Source of the DNA: Azolla caroliniana
Lineage: Eukaryota; Plantae; Polypodiophyta
Reading direction: 5' to 3'
Length of the DNA: 64,000 nt
Assembly: GCA_043228905.1 (NCBI GenBank)
Contig: JBHGNT010000010.1
Location: 10,106,001-10,170,000, forward strand
The notes below the pieces were generated by a model. The model ran no database searches, had not been told where the DNA came from, and worked only from the letters and a program-made list of their open reading frames with translations. Positions 1 to 11,800 of the stretch are shown piece after piece (position 1 is the first letter of the stretch; each line of letters starts with the position of its first letter). The position numbers and the translations under genes were made by a program.

Positions 1-297
1 TTCCATGTAGCTTGACATCAGCTTTTATATATATCCGTCTTCATGCGGCATATGTTTTGCCATTAATCTTGTGGACCCAGATTTGTGGCTTTCCAATGCC
101 ATGATTATGGATTTTTAAGTAAATATATCGACGTTTCATAGAAGCCCTTCTGTTCCAGAACGAGATTTATGCGAACAAGGATTATTTAGTATCAGAAACT
201 AGGAACACAATATATACATAGTGCAAGTGAAGTACTTTTTAAAAGAACCCGTTTCAGTTATTCAAAAGCTAATGGCATGTGTGCATGAATTTGGCAG

Positions 298-553
298 CTC
301 TTGGGAACTTACGGCTCCATGGGCTGGCAGCAAAGTGATGGTTCCAACACTTTTCATTATTGGAGACAAGGATCTTGTGTATAGCTTTTCTAATGTAAAG
401 GAATACCTACATGGTGGTGGCTTTGCTAAGGATGTACCGAACCTCAAGGAGTGTATAGTACTTCAAGATGTGGGGCATTTCTTGCACGAGGAGAAACCTG
501 AGATAGTAAATAATCACATTCTCGGCTTTTTCAAATGCTTCCATGTTACATGA
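298..553 (+). CDS. Terminal exon of a plant soluble epoxide hydrolase (alpha/beta hydrolase)
   Basis: Acceptor ttggcAG at 296-297, then SWELTAPWAGSKVMVPTLFIIGDKDLVY...VGHFLHEEKPEIVNNHI. This matches the plant sEH C-terminus including the catalytic His (GHF). Upstream exons lie outside the window. Confidence 0.9.
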
Positions 554-2870
554 CATGCAGAAATCTAGAGCTCATAAAGAAATATGTTGAGTTTCAACAC
601 ATCAATGACTCTTTCGATGTGGCCTCGTAACTCATGACTGGAAAGTGCGAGTGGACAACCCTCTCAACCTTATCATGGTTTTGATCAACCTATGATTTTC
701 ACCACATCAATCACTTTTCGATGTGCCCTTGTAATTATTTACCGGAAAGCGCGCTTTGAATAACTCCCTGACCCTTGTTATCGTTCTAAAAGATATATTG
801 TTATCTAGTGTTTTATCAGTCAACAAAAGGGAAGGTAAGGGTAAAATATCTTCCAATATTGAATGTAATCTATATTCTTATATATGGGCTGTTACACATG
901 CCGGCATGGCACCTAACTGTTACACATGGTGGCTGCCTGGGCTATGCACATGGTGCTTCGCATGGGAGTGGCTGGGACCAGACTGAGCTGGGACTGAACT
1001 GGATTTGGCTGGCCCGCTCCATAATATGTATAATGTCTTCCAACTTGAGTTAAATCCATGAAATTTATATACACAAGTTTTGCTTGTTTTAGTTACATTG
1101 ATAGTGACGATTCTTATGTCGATTCTTTAAACAACTTAGATTGTTCTTACTTCCCCAAAAAATATCTAGACATATTCCACTTCCATATTGTGTAAAAGGT
1201 TATTTTCCTCTTATCCACGCTTGGCTTTGAAACTTATGACGTTCTCCCATGGTGGAGAGTTTTTCATAATCAACATAATATACATAGTTGTAAGATGCCC
1301 CCATATGTCATCTATTTTCTAGATTGTTATTAGTGCATGCTGTAGTTCTATATATGAGTTGCTACAGTTTATGTTTATGCATATCAAAGAAAGTTAACTT
1401 GTTTAGAAGTGCTCTTTTTGGGTGATAGATGAATCTCTAAAGTTTGGTAAGGGTAATTTAATTGTGGTTATTAATGTGGGCCTAGGCCTTATACCATGAA
1501 AAACAAGTGCATCATGTGTCTGTAAAAATATAATGAAACGAGTTAATGAGAGGTTTGCTAACCCAGTGGATAGATGTGGTACAACTTTTGTTCATGAGAG
1601 GTATGTTGATATATATTTACTCTAGCTTGATGTTGTTGTACACTTTGTTGTTTTATGTACATTTTGCTTGTTAAGAAGTAAAATTTTAGTGATATACATT
1701 ATATTGTTAGTTTTGTTGTTTCATGTGCATTTTGCTTGAAAGATATGCTATTGTTTTTGAGCTTTGGGTTATGACTCAATTATTGAGTTTAGAAAACCAC
1801 ATTGTAAGGACACATAATGCCATAATTTGAGGAGAAAGAAAACTTTAGAATCTCATAATTGAAAGAGATGTTGTATATGTAACATGCCATTGGATACTAG
1901 AAGTCCCATTTTATAAAATTGAATATTAGCATCAAGGTTAGGATTGGATGTGCGACCAACTATTTCATTGAGCATTTATTCTAAAATGCCAATGTTATTG
2001 GAATGACAAATTTGGAACGTGGGAGTACATTGCATTCAAAAATTTTAATCAATTGTCAAAAAGCACAAATATAACATGTTTTATTATTATACCTCTCTAT
2101 AATAAAGATAACGTAACATTTACTCAAAAACACGTCTACCATTATGGAAAGATAATGTATTCTATTGCCAAAAAATAATAATGGCATAGGCTTGCTTAAT
2201 ATTATAAAAGGATGATAAATTCTACACATAATAACAATGGAGGAGGATGATAAGTTTTCATACCCTTCCAAGGTTCAAAGAATTCCCTTCACACAACTTA
2301 AATAATTGTCTAATTTGGTGTATTGATGAGCACAAACATTGATTAATCAATTTCAAGACAATTTCTCTTCATCATAATAAAATATTGTCTTTCTCCTTCC
2401 CATTCTTCTTGATAAATCAATAGACATGAATCTTTTCCAAAATGATTGCATAACACTTGTAAGTTGTAACCACTCTCTTATGTATGCACGCAATTTGGTG
2501 TTTAATATCATGTATTCAATGTGCAATATAAAAAATTGCAAGTTTAAATGTATACGCAACCTAATGGCGGAATCATTAATAAGGTATCAAACAATATGTA
2601 CATCCTTCTTGAGGAATTTAAATGTTTTCCGTGGGATTGTTTCAATTTCTTTTACACTTAGGAGTACTATAAAGAGTTTTCTTAGGTATGTGAAAGCTGA
2701 AGGAGATGGTTGGCAAATAATTGAAGACTTATTTATTATCTTGCCTATTTTATTCATCCAAATTGATGGAAGTGCTGAAACTTCTTTATAAGTTTCCCAA
2801 AATTATTATACTTCAATGTATTTCATATTCTCTATTGTGTGGGCATACAGTGCAAATGTGATTTAAGATG

Positions 2871-3108
2871 TTTTTTTTTTTCCAAAATGAAGCTACTTTC
2901 CCATTAGTTAGGAAGGATTATTACAAAGAGATTGTACAAGGAGGCTTAAACATAGATCGGGGAATCTCCCTCCGATCAAGTTCAAGAAAATGAGACTAGT
3001 TACATCGCCTTTCGGACTAACTACTTAATGTAAGTACCTACAGCTAAAACGGTGCCCTTCAGTGATGACTAATATGAAACAACTCTTGGGGTCGACAACG
3101 AAGGGAGG
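2871..3108 (-). mobile_element. 5'-truncated non-LTR retroposon fragment with poly(A) tail
   Basis: Poly-T at 2871-2881; flanking 13-bp near-identical direct repeats gtgatttaagatg (2858-2870) and gtggtttaagatg (3109-3121) look like a TSD. Confidence 0.6.
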
Positions 3109-5079
3109 GTGGTTTAAGATGTTTTAATTTTGAACCACTTTTGGTCTTAGAAGAAAATAATAATTTTGGTCTCATAGGTTATATTGGATCTCCACAGAAA
3201 ATAATAGAATTTATCCATCTATCTCTCTCTTTTTGGTAAAATCACACAATTATATTAATTGTATGTAAAGTTCACTTGTTACAACTTCTTAATCCTCTAC
3301 GTACCTATGTAGGGAGAGGGACATCTTCTAAATCCATAAGAAAACTTGAATATGCACTTGAGGAATTGAATGGTCCCCACATGCTCTACCATTTAAAAAT
3401 ACCATATGACAATGCCTTTCAAACTTTTCACATAGGCTTTCACCCCATGTCTACCATCGAACATGAAAATATTATGCATATTCCAATTATGTTGTAGTTT
3501 CCAATATTGTAAAAATTGGAACAATATCTCTAGCCCATCATTTCGACAATTTTGAATATGTTTAGCAAAAACCCATTGTTGAGGTCTTGAATAACAATGG
3601 GTTAAAACTTGTCAAATATCCGATAAGTGGCTATAGGACATTTAATGAACGTATATATATTGTTCTCCAATGGAATGATGTAAAAGAAGCACGTACCTTA
3701 CCTCACCTCTCACCACTTTAAAACTAAACATAATGGTAGCCCACCAATCATGACCAGTGTTGGGCAAAGTCTCTAGCCCCTACCGGAAATTTTCTTGCTT
3801 CTTATGAACCTAACCAGAATTTTAAAATTTTAACCGACCACTTTCCTATAAGTGATAATATCAATGGGAACATGTTGAGAATTTATTTAGCACATACCAA
3901 ATCAAATAATTTTTTCTAGTGCAATACAAAATGAAATAAATCACAAAATGTTGTGGGCCATACTATACCAATGATGTATAGTATGTTGGACTACGATAAT
4001 CTATGGATTCGATTTACAAGGAGAAATACATATACACAATCCATGTATTCTAAAGAAAATAAGCAAATTAAAATACCTAGAGATTAGGATATATGGAATA
4101 TTACAAGGCAATAAAGGATTAAGTTTCGACTATGGATCTTCCAATCTATCAAAAAATAATGAAGAAAGAGGAAGGCTCAAATTAGCCTACATGCACATGT
4201 AGTCACATAGAAATATAAATGAAATTGAGTCAATGCACACATTAATAAGGATAAGTTGTCGAAGTAGATCCATTAATAAGGATAAGTTGGAGAGAGAAAT
4301 GTAATTTGAAATGTGATGAGATACTCATTGTTCCATTAAGGTAGATTGCAAGCCATATGATCATAAGAATCAAAGCTTTTTTGAAACCAAAAAATGAAAG
4401 GAGTTATAAGGTTTATTCATATCTAGCTTGAGTTTTCTCATAATAACCTACAAATAATGTACAAATAACCTACATGTTTTGAAAAAATTGGAATAAGCCT
4501 TATGTTGACTTGGTAGGAAAATTCATCTATACATGAAAATTAAAACAAAAAAGCAAAAAAGGGAGAAATTGAAACAGAAAAGCAAGGAAAAACCGGAACA
4601 TGTTGAACTACAAAACTAAATGATGCAATTGTACATTGTGCATAGAAACCTCCTTCCCTTGTGTCTTTCTGGTGGCCGGACCAAGCAGTTGCCTTGAATC
4701 CTCATATGTTACCAAGAGAATTGATCAAGGAGGCTGCTCTTGACCTCAATTTCATATCCATGACAAGGAAACCCAACAACCTATTCATCAAAGCCAAGCA
4801 ATGCTCTTGGGCGTAAGATGTTCATGCCTAGTTACAATTCCGATTACGCACCTCCAACAATTCAACAAGTTTGGATTTGATCATAGCCTAAAAAGCGAAT
4901 CACGATTTTGATCCCATGGACGGAAGGACGCTTCCACACACACAAACACAAATACAATTAGGAGAGATTTTCTTCTAGTGACCGTTGCAAACTCCTTCTT
5001 TGTGTACTACCACACCATATAAAAAACAATTACCACCATAGTCATAGCATCTCCCCTGCTCTCTGCTCTGCTCTGAAAG

Positions 5080-5104
5080 CTCTCTCTCTCTCTCTCTCTC
5101 TCTC
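5080..5104. repeat. (CT)n microsatellite
   Basis: Seen directly in the sequence. Confidence 0.9.
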
Positions 5105-5610
5105 AACAATGCAAGGAATTTAGATTTTCATAAACATTGTAACCTTGTGCATTCATTCATTACATCAATGCATTGTTTCTTGATTATGAATACCATCACA
5201 AGTCCCTAATATTGAAAAATGTGCACTCACCCCACAATATCGAGTAGCTAGCGGCAAGTGGCAATCACCGAGCAACAAGGAAGGACCAACGAGCAATGAT
5301 CAGCAATCAACAAATATATATAGAAAATAAGATGCAGTTGCAAAAAAGTGTGACGCTAATGATAGTATTTCTTGGTTAAATCATTTCAATATTGAGTTTA
5401 CATTATATCAGGCATTAGAGTGCAAGGAAGATGAGGACGGTTCTTAAAAGAAGAACAGATCATGATAATCATCATCAGAATTGGATGAATGTATGGATGA
5501 TAATAGAAAGTCCATCAGATGCAAGATTACATAGTTTCCATCCATAAATTCTCACACATACACCTACTTGCATGCATGCATGACAAACATACATCCACAC
5601 ATTATATATG

Positions 5611-5800
5611 AGGTAGTGCAGCAGAATTCAAAGGGCGTCCTTGAGGCAAAGAAGACGATGACTCCGACATAGGCAATGCAGAGCATAGAGAGCTCGTATG
5701 TCTTCTTTAGAAGCCCACTCTTACGCTTGCAGAACGTCACCTGGCACTCTGGCGCGCTCTCAATGTGTCTCACGCTTGATGAGATGACACCACGCTTCAA
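5611..5800 (-). pseudogene. Degenerate MADS-box domain exon
   Basis: KRGVISSSVRHIESAPECQVTFCKRKSGLLKKTYELSMLCIAYVGVIVFFASRTPFEF aligns to the MADS consensus (RQVTFSKRRxGLLKKAxELSVLCDAEV). No ATG at the expected start (TTG), LCDA changed to LCIA, and no GT donor at the usual position. Confidence 0.8.
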
Positions 5801-5882
5801 TGGGATACTTGCTCCTCAGAGGCCGAGGAGGTGGATCTTCGGAAACGGATGACTAGATAGAAACAGGTGCAGAAGGAAAAGG

Positions 5883-6915
5883 TGTTAGAAAATAAGGAAA
5901 ACAATAAAATTGTAAAATAAATAAAATAAACAGTTACGACTCCTTATATGAAGAGTCACATGAATAGGCACATGTAGCCTATATGAAAACAGCACACGCC
6001 TTTCTCAATTGAGAGAGAAGAACAACAAAAATTAGAAATAAAGAAGTTATCCTTCTTCCCTTCTCTATTCCCCTTCTCTATCTCCCTGTCTTTGTTTTTC
6101 TATATGGTATCAGAGCAAGGTTCCATACACTAAAATTATAGAAAAACAGCAAACAGAATAAAGAAAATCACTCTGTAGGCCAAGATTCTAACCTTTTTAA
6201 AAGACCTGCACATTCTTGGTTCTGAATTTCTCTTATTCAACCATGGCTGAGGCAACTCCTTCATCATCCATATCTCCTTCATCATCCACATCTTCTCAAA
6301 ACCTTCTATACAGAAAAACAACAATTAGCAAATTGAATAGTACCAACTACAGAGTTTGGAGTAGCAAAATGACCCTCATATTCAAACAACTAAAATTATG
6401 GGCAGTTGTTGAGGGCAAAGAGACACAACCCACAACAACAGACTCGAACTATGTTGCGTGGGAAGAAAAAGATCTAGCAGCAAAGCTAGAAATTATGTCA
6501 AATCTGGAGGACCAGCAGGCCGACGTGATCAGAAATTGCTGCACTGCAAACGCCATGTGGATCGACTTGAAAAACGAATTCGAACCAACTACGGACGGAA
6601 ATCAGGTCATGACTCTAAACTCACTAGTAATTTTAAAAATGCAAGAAGAAGAGGATATGTGTGCATTTATAAACTCATGGAAACGCAAACTAGACGACTG
6701 TCTAACGTCTGGAGTTGAAATAGAGCCAAAGTTACAAAGACTTCTCCTATTAGGTGCATTGCCACCATCATGGAGCACTTTCGTAACCACCCAAAATTCC
6801 AACACAAACACAACTCTCATAGACCTCATAAACTGTATAAGACAAGAAGAGGCAATGAAAAAGGCACGCCGACCGGAACAAACACAACACACATTAGCAA
6901 TGATAGCAAACCGTA
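5883..6915 (+). mobile_element. Ty1/Copia 5' fragment: LTR (5883-6104), tRNA-iMet PBS (6105-6116), truncated gag from ATG 6243
   Basis: TGTTAG start; PBS TGGTATCAGAGC; Copia gag motif NYRVWSSKMTLIFKQLKLWAVVEG and LLLGALPPSWSTF. Confidence 0.85.
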
Positions 6916-7364
6916 GCTTGTTTTTTCGATCTCCACGCAATCGCTCCGGGGACTGCTGAGGAATCGCCATTAAAGATGATGAACAAGACGTCCTCTTCGC
7001 AAGAGCGTGATGATGAGATGGAGAACAAGGAGGAATCAGAGAACCAAACGATGCGGCGCGAGGATTTCATTTATGAGAAGAAGACATAGAAGCCGACAAA
7101 GATAGTGGATGGGGAGGAGGGGGGTTTATAGTAAGAGAAGATGAAGTAGGCGATATAGAAAAAGCTATGGGGGTCTATTGTTACTCCTGAGAATGCGAAT
7201 TTGCGCTACTCATACCATGTGTAAACGTCAAGAGAGAAACAATAGAAAGGGGGGGAAATTGAAACAAAAAAACGAGGGAAAAAGGGGGAAAGACTTTTTT
7301 TGACCTTTCTTTTCATACAAACTATATAAATAGCCGGTTCGAATAATATGAACCGGCTAGATTT

Positions 7365-8265
7365 TGGTTGACTTGAAAACTTGGCTGGAATCAATTCCAG
7401 TAGTCCCCCACATTGGTCGGCAAAAGTCCCAATGTAACTGGAATGTTGACACTATTCTTGGGACTTTGCCCCACACTAATCATGACTCTCCATATGAATA
7501 CCTTTGCACAAAATGGCAAATGGGAATGCCAACCATGTTGCAATATTTGCCACCACCTTGCAAAATGGCAACTGGAAGCAAGCAAAAATATCCATAAGAT
7601 GTATAAAAGTAAAATTTTGTATTCTGGTTGGATGCAAGATATGGAAAAATGGTTTGGCAGGTGGGATGCAACACACTTGTTTCATGATGCATCGCTAGAT
7701 TCCTCTATAAATGAGGCATTTTTGTGACGCAAATGTATCATGACATGGGAGAAATGTGGAGGCTCACGCTTCATGCATTATGCTACACATGTTGCACCTA
7801 ACCACAAAACCATATTCTTCACCGAACAAGGAAACCATACTCATTGATACATGTTAGAGCCCATCTCGTTCTTTGTCATCTGAATCATTGATTCCATGTG
7901 ACTTAGCTCACACACATTGCGATGTGAGACATTGGGACATAAGTGATGAAAGTGGCCAACTATGCACATATTGCCAAAATCAAGTTTGTGACTCTGAGTA
8001 TCACACTTCAATACAATGCTTTGTGTTTAATCATATTCCACTATGCATTCCACACATCTTTGACCACACCTAATTCTTGTACGAATTTCTCTCACAATCA
8101 CAATGTGCACTCTCAATTGCAATATTCACTGGTAAAGTTCCTAAAAATTGCGAATCACTACTCACTTTCACATGTATTACGTGAAACGTAATATTTTTGG
8201 TCTCATACGTCACATTTGATCTTTGAAGATGATACTAGAGTCTAACTAACTATCTATCTATCTCT
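7365..8265 (+). mobile_element. 5'-truncated, decayed RTE-X-like LINE 3' end with (CTAT)n tail
   Basis: Homologous to 25500-26130 (HLFHDASLDS..EAFL, LSSHTLRC, CTYC..ESEYH-type C-terminal Cys/His motif); ends in ctatctatctatctctc. The left boundary is approximate. Confidence 0.7.
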
Positions 8266-8799
8266 CATCCACACCCGCACCTAGCCACAGTCTTGCTCGC
8301 ATGTTTACGACCTTGGAACATGTCTATAAATCGATGGAGTTATTCTTCTCGTTGATATCACTGTGCCATGGAACCAGACTAGTGTTGTGGCGAACTGGAG
8401 CATTTGCATGTGAGATCTGTGCAGAACCACCAAGGACATGACCCAGAGAGGATGGGTTGATTGGAGTCTTCTAAGTTCAATGTAAACGGATGTAGATGTC
8501 TAGAATAGGTTAAAGTGTGTGACTGTATAAAATATAGGTCCATTTTAAGGTGTGAAGATATATGTCGTCGGGACAATATTTAATTATTATTTTATGTAAT
8601 TTTATTTATTGTTAATATTATTAATTATTTATTTAATTAAATGGTAATGTTATTACTAGTATCTTATTTTAATTTTAATTTATTATTATTATTGATTAAC
8701 AATAATATTATTTTATTTACTTATTTACTAATTATGTACTTATTTATTTTAATATTAATTACGAATATAATTTTAATATTAACATACAGAAGGGACTCC

Positions 8800-11700
8800 A
8801 GTGTATGACCCTTCGCTTCTTCTCTGGTCGCATATCTCACGGTGGACTTCTATCTCTCTCTTGATGTAGAGCAGAAGTTACATGAGGAGGTGGATAGCCT
8901 GCAACAACATTCAATCGTTATCTATGTTATGGGAGGTCGTCCAAATCGGGCCCAGTTGCGTCATCTATTACAAGCTCGGTTGCAAGGTGAGTTAGCGCAA
9001 ATAATCGACATTCAATTTCTCGGTAAGGGTTGCTACCACGTTGAATTTAAGAGTGGTGATATGGTAGATAAATTGCTTCTGGTGGGTGGTGCTAAGATGA
9101 AAGGAATATGGATGCAATTTTTGAAATGGTATGTGGGATTCGATTTAGATGACTTGAGGGAGACAATTGCTAGAAGATTTGTTTTCTTTGTTATCTTCCC
9201 GGTCTTACCCAAAGAGTGGTGTCCGGTAATAAAGGATATTGCAGCCACAATTGGGCAATTGATAGATGATGATGTAGAAATTGATAGGTTTAATGCAAAA
9301 AATCAAAATACATCAATAGTGAGGTTGTTAGGTCATAACAATATGGTTCTTTCCTCGTCAATTCGATTGCCGCCATTGATTGGTGGCAAAGTGTGAGTGC
9401 AAAAGATTACATATGTTGGATTGCCAAATAAATGCTTTAAATGTAGGCAAATTGGGCATATGGCAAAAGATTGTACATGGCAGAATGCGCCACATGGGAA
9501 TAGTAATGAAAAATTTAAGGAAAAGGGGGCTATAGAAGTAGAGGATGATTGGACTATGGTGAGAAAGGGAAAAGGCCTTCTTGCAAAGAATGTGAACCTT
9601 TCCAATAAATGGGTTCCAACATGAAATAGATCTGAACCAATTGGTAATCTCACACAAACACTACCACTGGATGTTGTCTTGGTTGAGGAGGTAGATGGAG
9701 CTTCATTTACCGAACATAAAACTAATATGGAGCATATTATAGATTGTGAACTTTCTAGCTCTTCGATGAATATAAGAGTTAATAATTTACTTCTTTGGTG
9801 GGCGAGGCTCATCCCAAGGATAATCATACGTCGGTGCACGATGATGAGGGTTTAGGGATGAAGAGAGATGAAACCTTGCCATTAGTTGTATATGAGGAAA
9901 ACAAAAGTCACACGATCCTTAAGGAAGACTCTAATGTGGAAAAAAGTGGGGAAGAGGTTATCTTGTTACAAATTGTGACTGCTGAAATTTGTCACTCATC
10001 AAGGGAGAATCCCCATAACTACAATGGGCGTATAACGAGGTCAAAGGCATAAATATCTTGAAAGTGGGTTTAATTCTAATCACATTAATCAAGAAACAAA
10101 TGCGGTAGTTGTGCATAGTACTCTTAATAAGGTTGCAGATAGGAATATTATGATTAATCGATTCATGCATCATGCAAAGAAACATAGTACTGTTTCATAC
10201 TCAAATAAGATGACCCTTAAGGGATTGAAAATAAGCAATAAGGATTGCAAGTTTAAAAAGTCGACAACGGATGAGAGAACTAAGGTTAGTAAGCAACTTT
10301 TGTTGAGCTATGAATAATTTCCAAAGTTTGTCATTGAATGTTCAAGGGTTTGGAGGGGCTCTTAGTAAGAAATTTAAGGGTAGAGTATGACAAGAGTTGC
10401 ATAAGTTTAATGTGGGGTTTTGTGATATGATCTGTTTACAAGAAACTCATCTATCGGATAAGCGAATAGATACATATGGGAACATGTCAAGGGAAATTGG
10501 AAATACTATTGGACTCCTGCAATTGGCAATCAAAATAAACATGGAGGTTTATGTATAGCCTTAATAGAGAAATGGAGTCAAAAGGTGCTAGATTGTCGTG
10601 TATTGGTTGAGGGAAGAGCTCAATATATCATCCTAATGGTCTCAGACCTAAAGTTGGGCTTTCTTAATATTTATGCTCCAAATTCGGCTGGGGCTTGAAA
10701 GGAATTTTGGTTTAAGATTGGATCTGATTTACCGTCAGTGGATCATTGGTGTATGGTAGTTGATTTTAATATGATCTATGATTTTGGTGATAGGATTGGA
10801 GGCTCTCATGCTTTGATAGGTGCAATTGAGTTGATAACTTGGGAATGCTTATGTTTATCATTCAGATTGTAGGATGCATGGTATGTTACATCTTTTGATC
10901 GGTTAAAAGATTCATTAAGTTTCTCTCGATCAAATAGAAGGCAATAAGGGGTAAATCTATCACGTTTGGACAGAATATACATTGATGATTTTTTCGTCAG
11001 AAAGGGTGGGGAGATTGGTATTATATCAAGCTCTTTGTTCTCTGATCATGCACCTGTGATTATGGTTGTTGGAAAACAACCATATCATAACATTAGTTGT
11101 GGTCGTATCTCGAAATGGATTTATTTGGATACATCCTTTAGGCATGGTATTTTACAAATGTGGAAATTGCAAAATCCATATTCTGTAAATGTCTTGCAAA
11201 GGGCCAACTTTGCTATTTAGGGTACTTCGAGTTTTTTTAGATTGAAAGTATTCAACATTGTGGAGCAATGTAAGTTAAGAATGGCTGCTAGTAGGAGGGC
11301 TTTGAGGTCTCTTCAGCATTTTCAGGAAAAATGTCCACATGCAGCTTGGGTTGAATTGGAGTTGGGTCACATAAGAAATGAATTAATATGTTTAGAAGAT
11401 AAGATATTTCAAACAAAGTTTCATGCTATTGCTGTGAAGTGGACTTGATTAGCTGATAATGTGAATTCCAATTTTTTGCATATTATAAAGGTGGTCATTG
11501 AGGTAATTGTATGAGATAGCTTCAAAGGGAAGATGGGTCTATTACAAAGGTCACGAATGAAATGAGGGACATTGTCACGTCCTTTTATAAAAATCTACTT
11601 ACAACCCAACAATTTTCGGGTCAACAAACAACTCTAAAAAAGAAAAATTATTTTGAACTGTTTGGAACATAAGGTCTCATATGAGATGGCTTAATCATTT

Positions 11701-11800
11701 GTGAAGGAAATCTCTTCTACAGAGGTAAGGACTGCACTGGTGGTTGTTGGGAAGAATGTATGCCTAGGAAATGATGGATTATCACGATAATTCTTTTTAG
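8800..11800 (+). mobile_element. Decayed L1-type LINE (ORF1 plus endonuclease part of ORF2, truncated before RT)
   Basis: ORF1 with plant-L1-like N-terminus and zinc knuckle CFKCRQIGHMAKDC (about 9430-9475); APE motifs ICLQETH, LNIYAPN, VDFN, RLDRIY, SDHAPV (10430-11060). Many stops. Confidence 0.85.

Noticed and set aside
597-760. Two imperfect ~50-bp direct repeats (cacatcaat...ggaaag.gcg) after the sEH stop
   Set aside because: Only two degenerate copies, with no termini or TSD; cannot assign a function.
1900-2800. Short AT-rich ORFs on both strands
   Set aside because: No recognisable motifs; could be a very old TE but this is unsupported.
7331-7360. Hairpin tagccggttc...gaaccggcta ending in CTAG as a Helitron 3' end
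   Set aside because: CTAG overlaps the stem instead of lying about 10 nt downstream, and no Rep/helicase or 5' end was identified.
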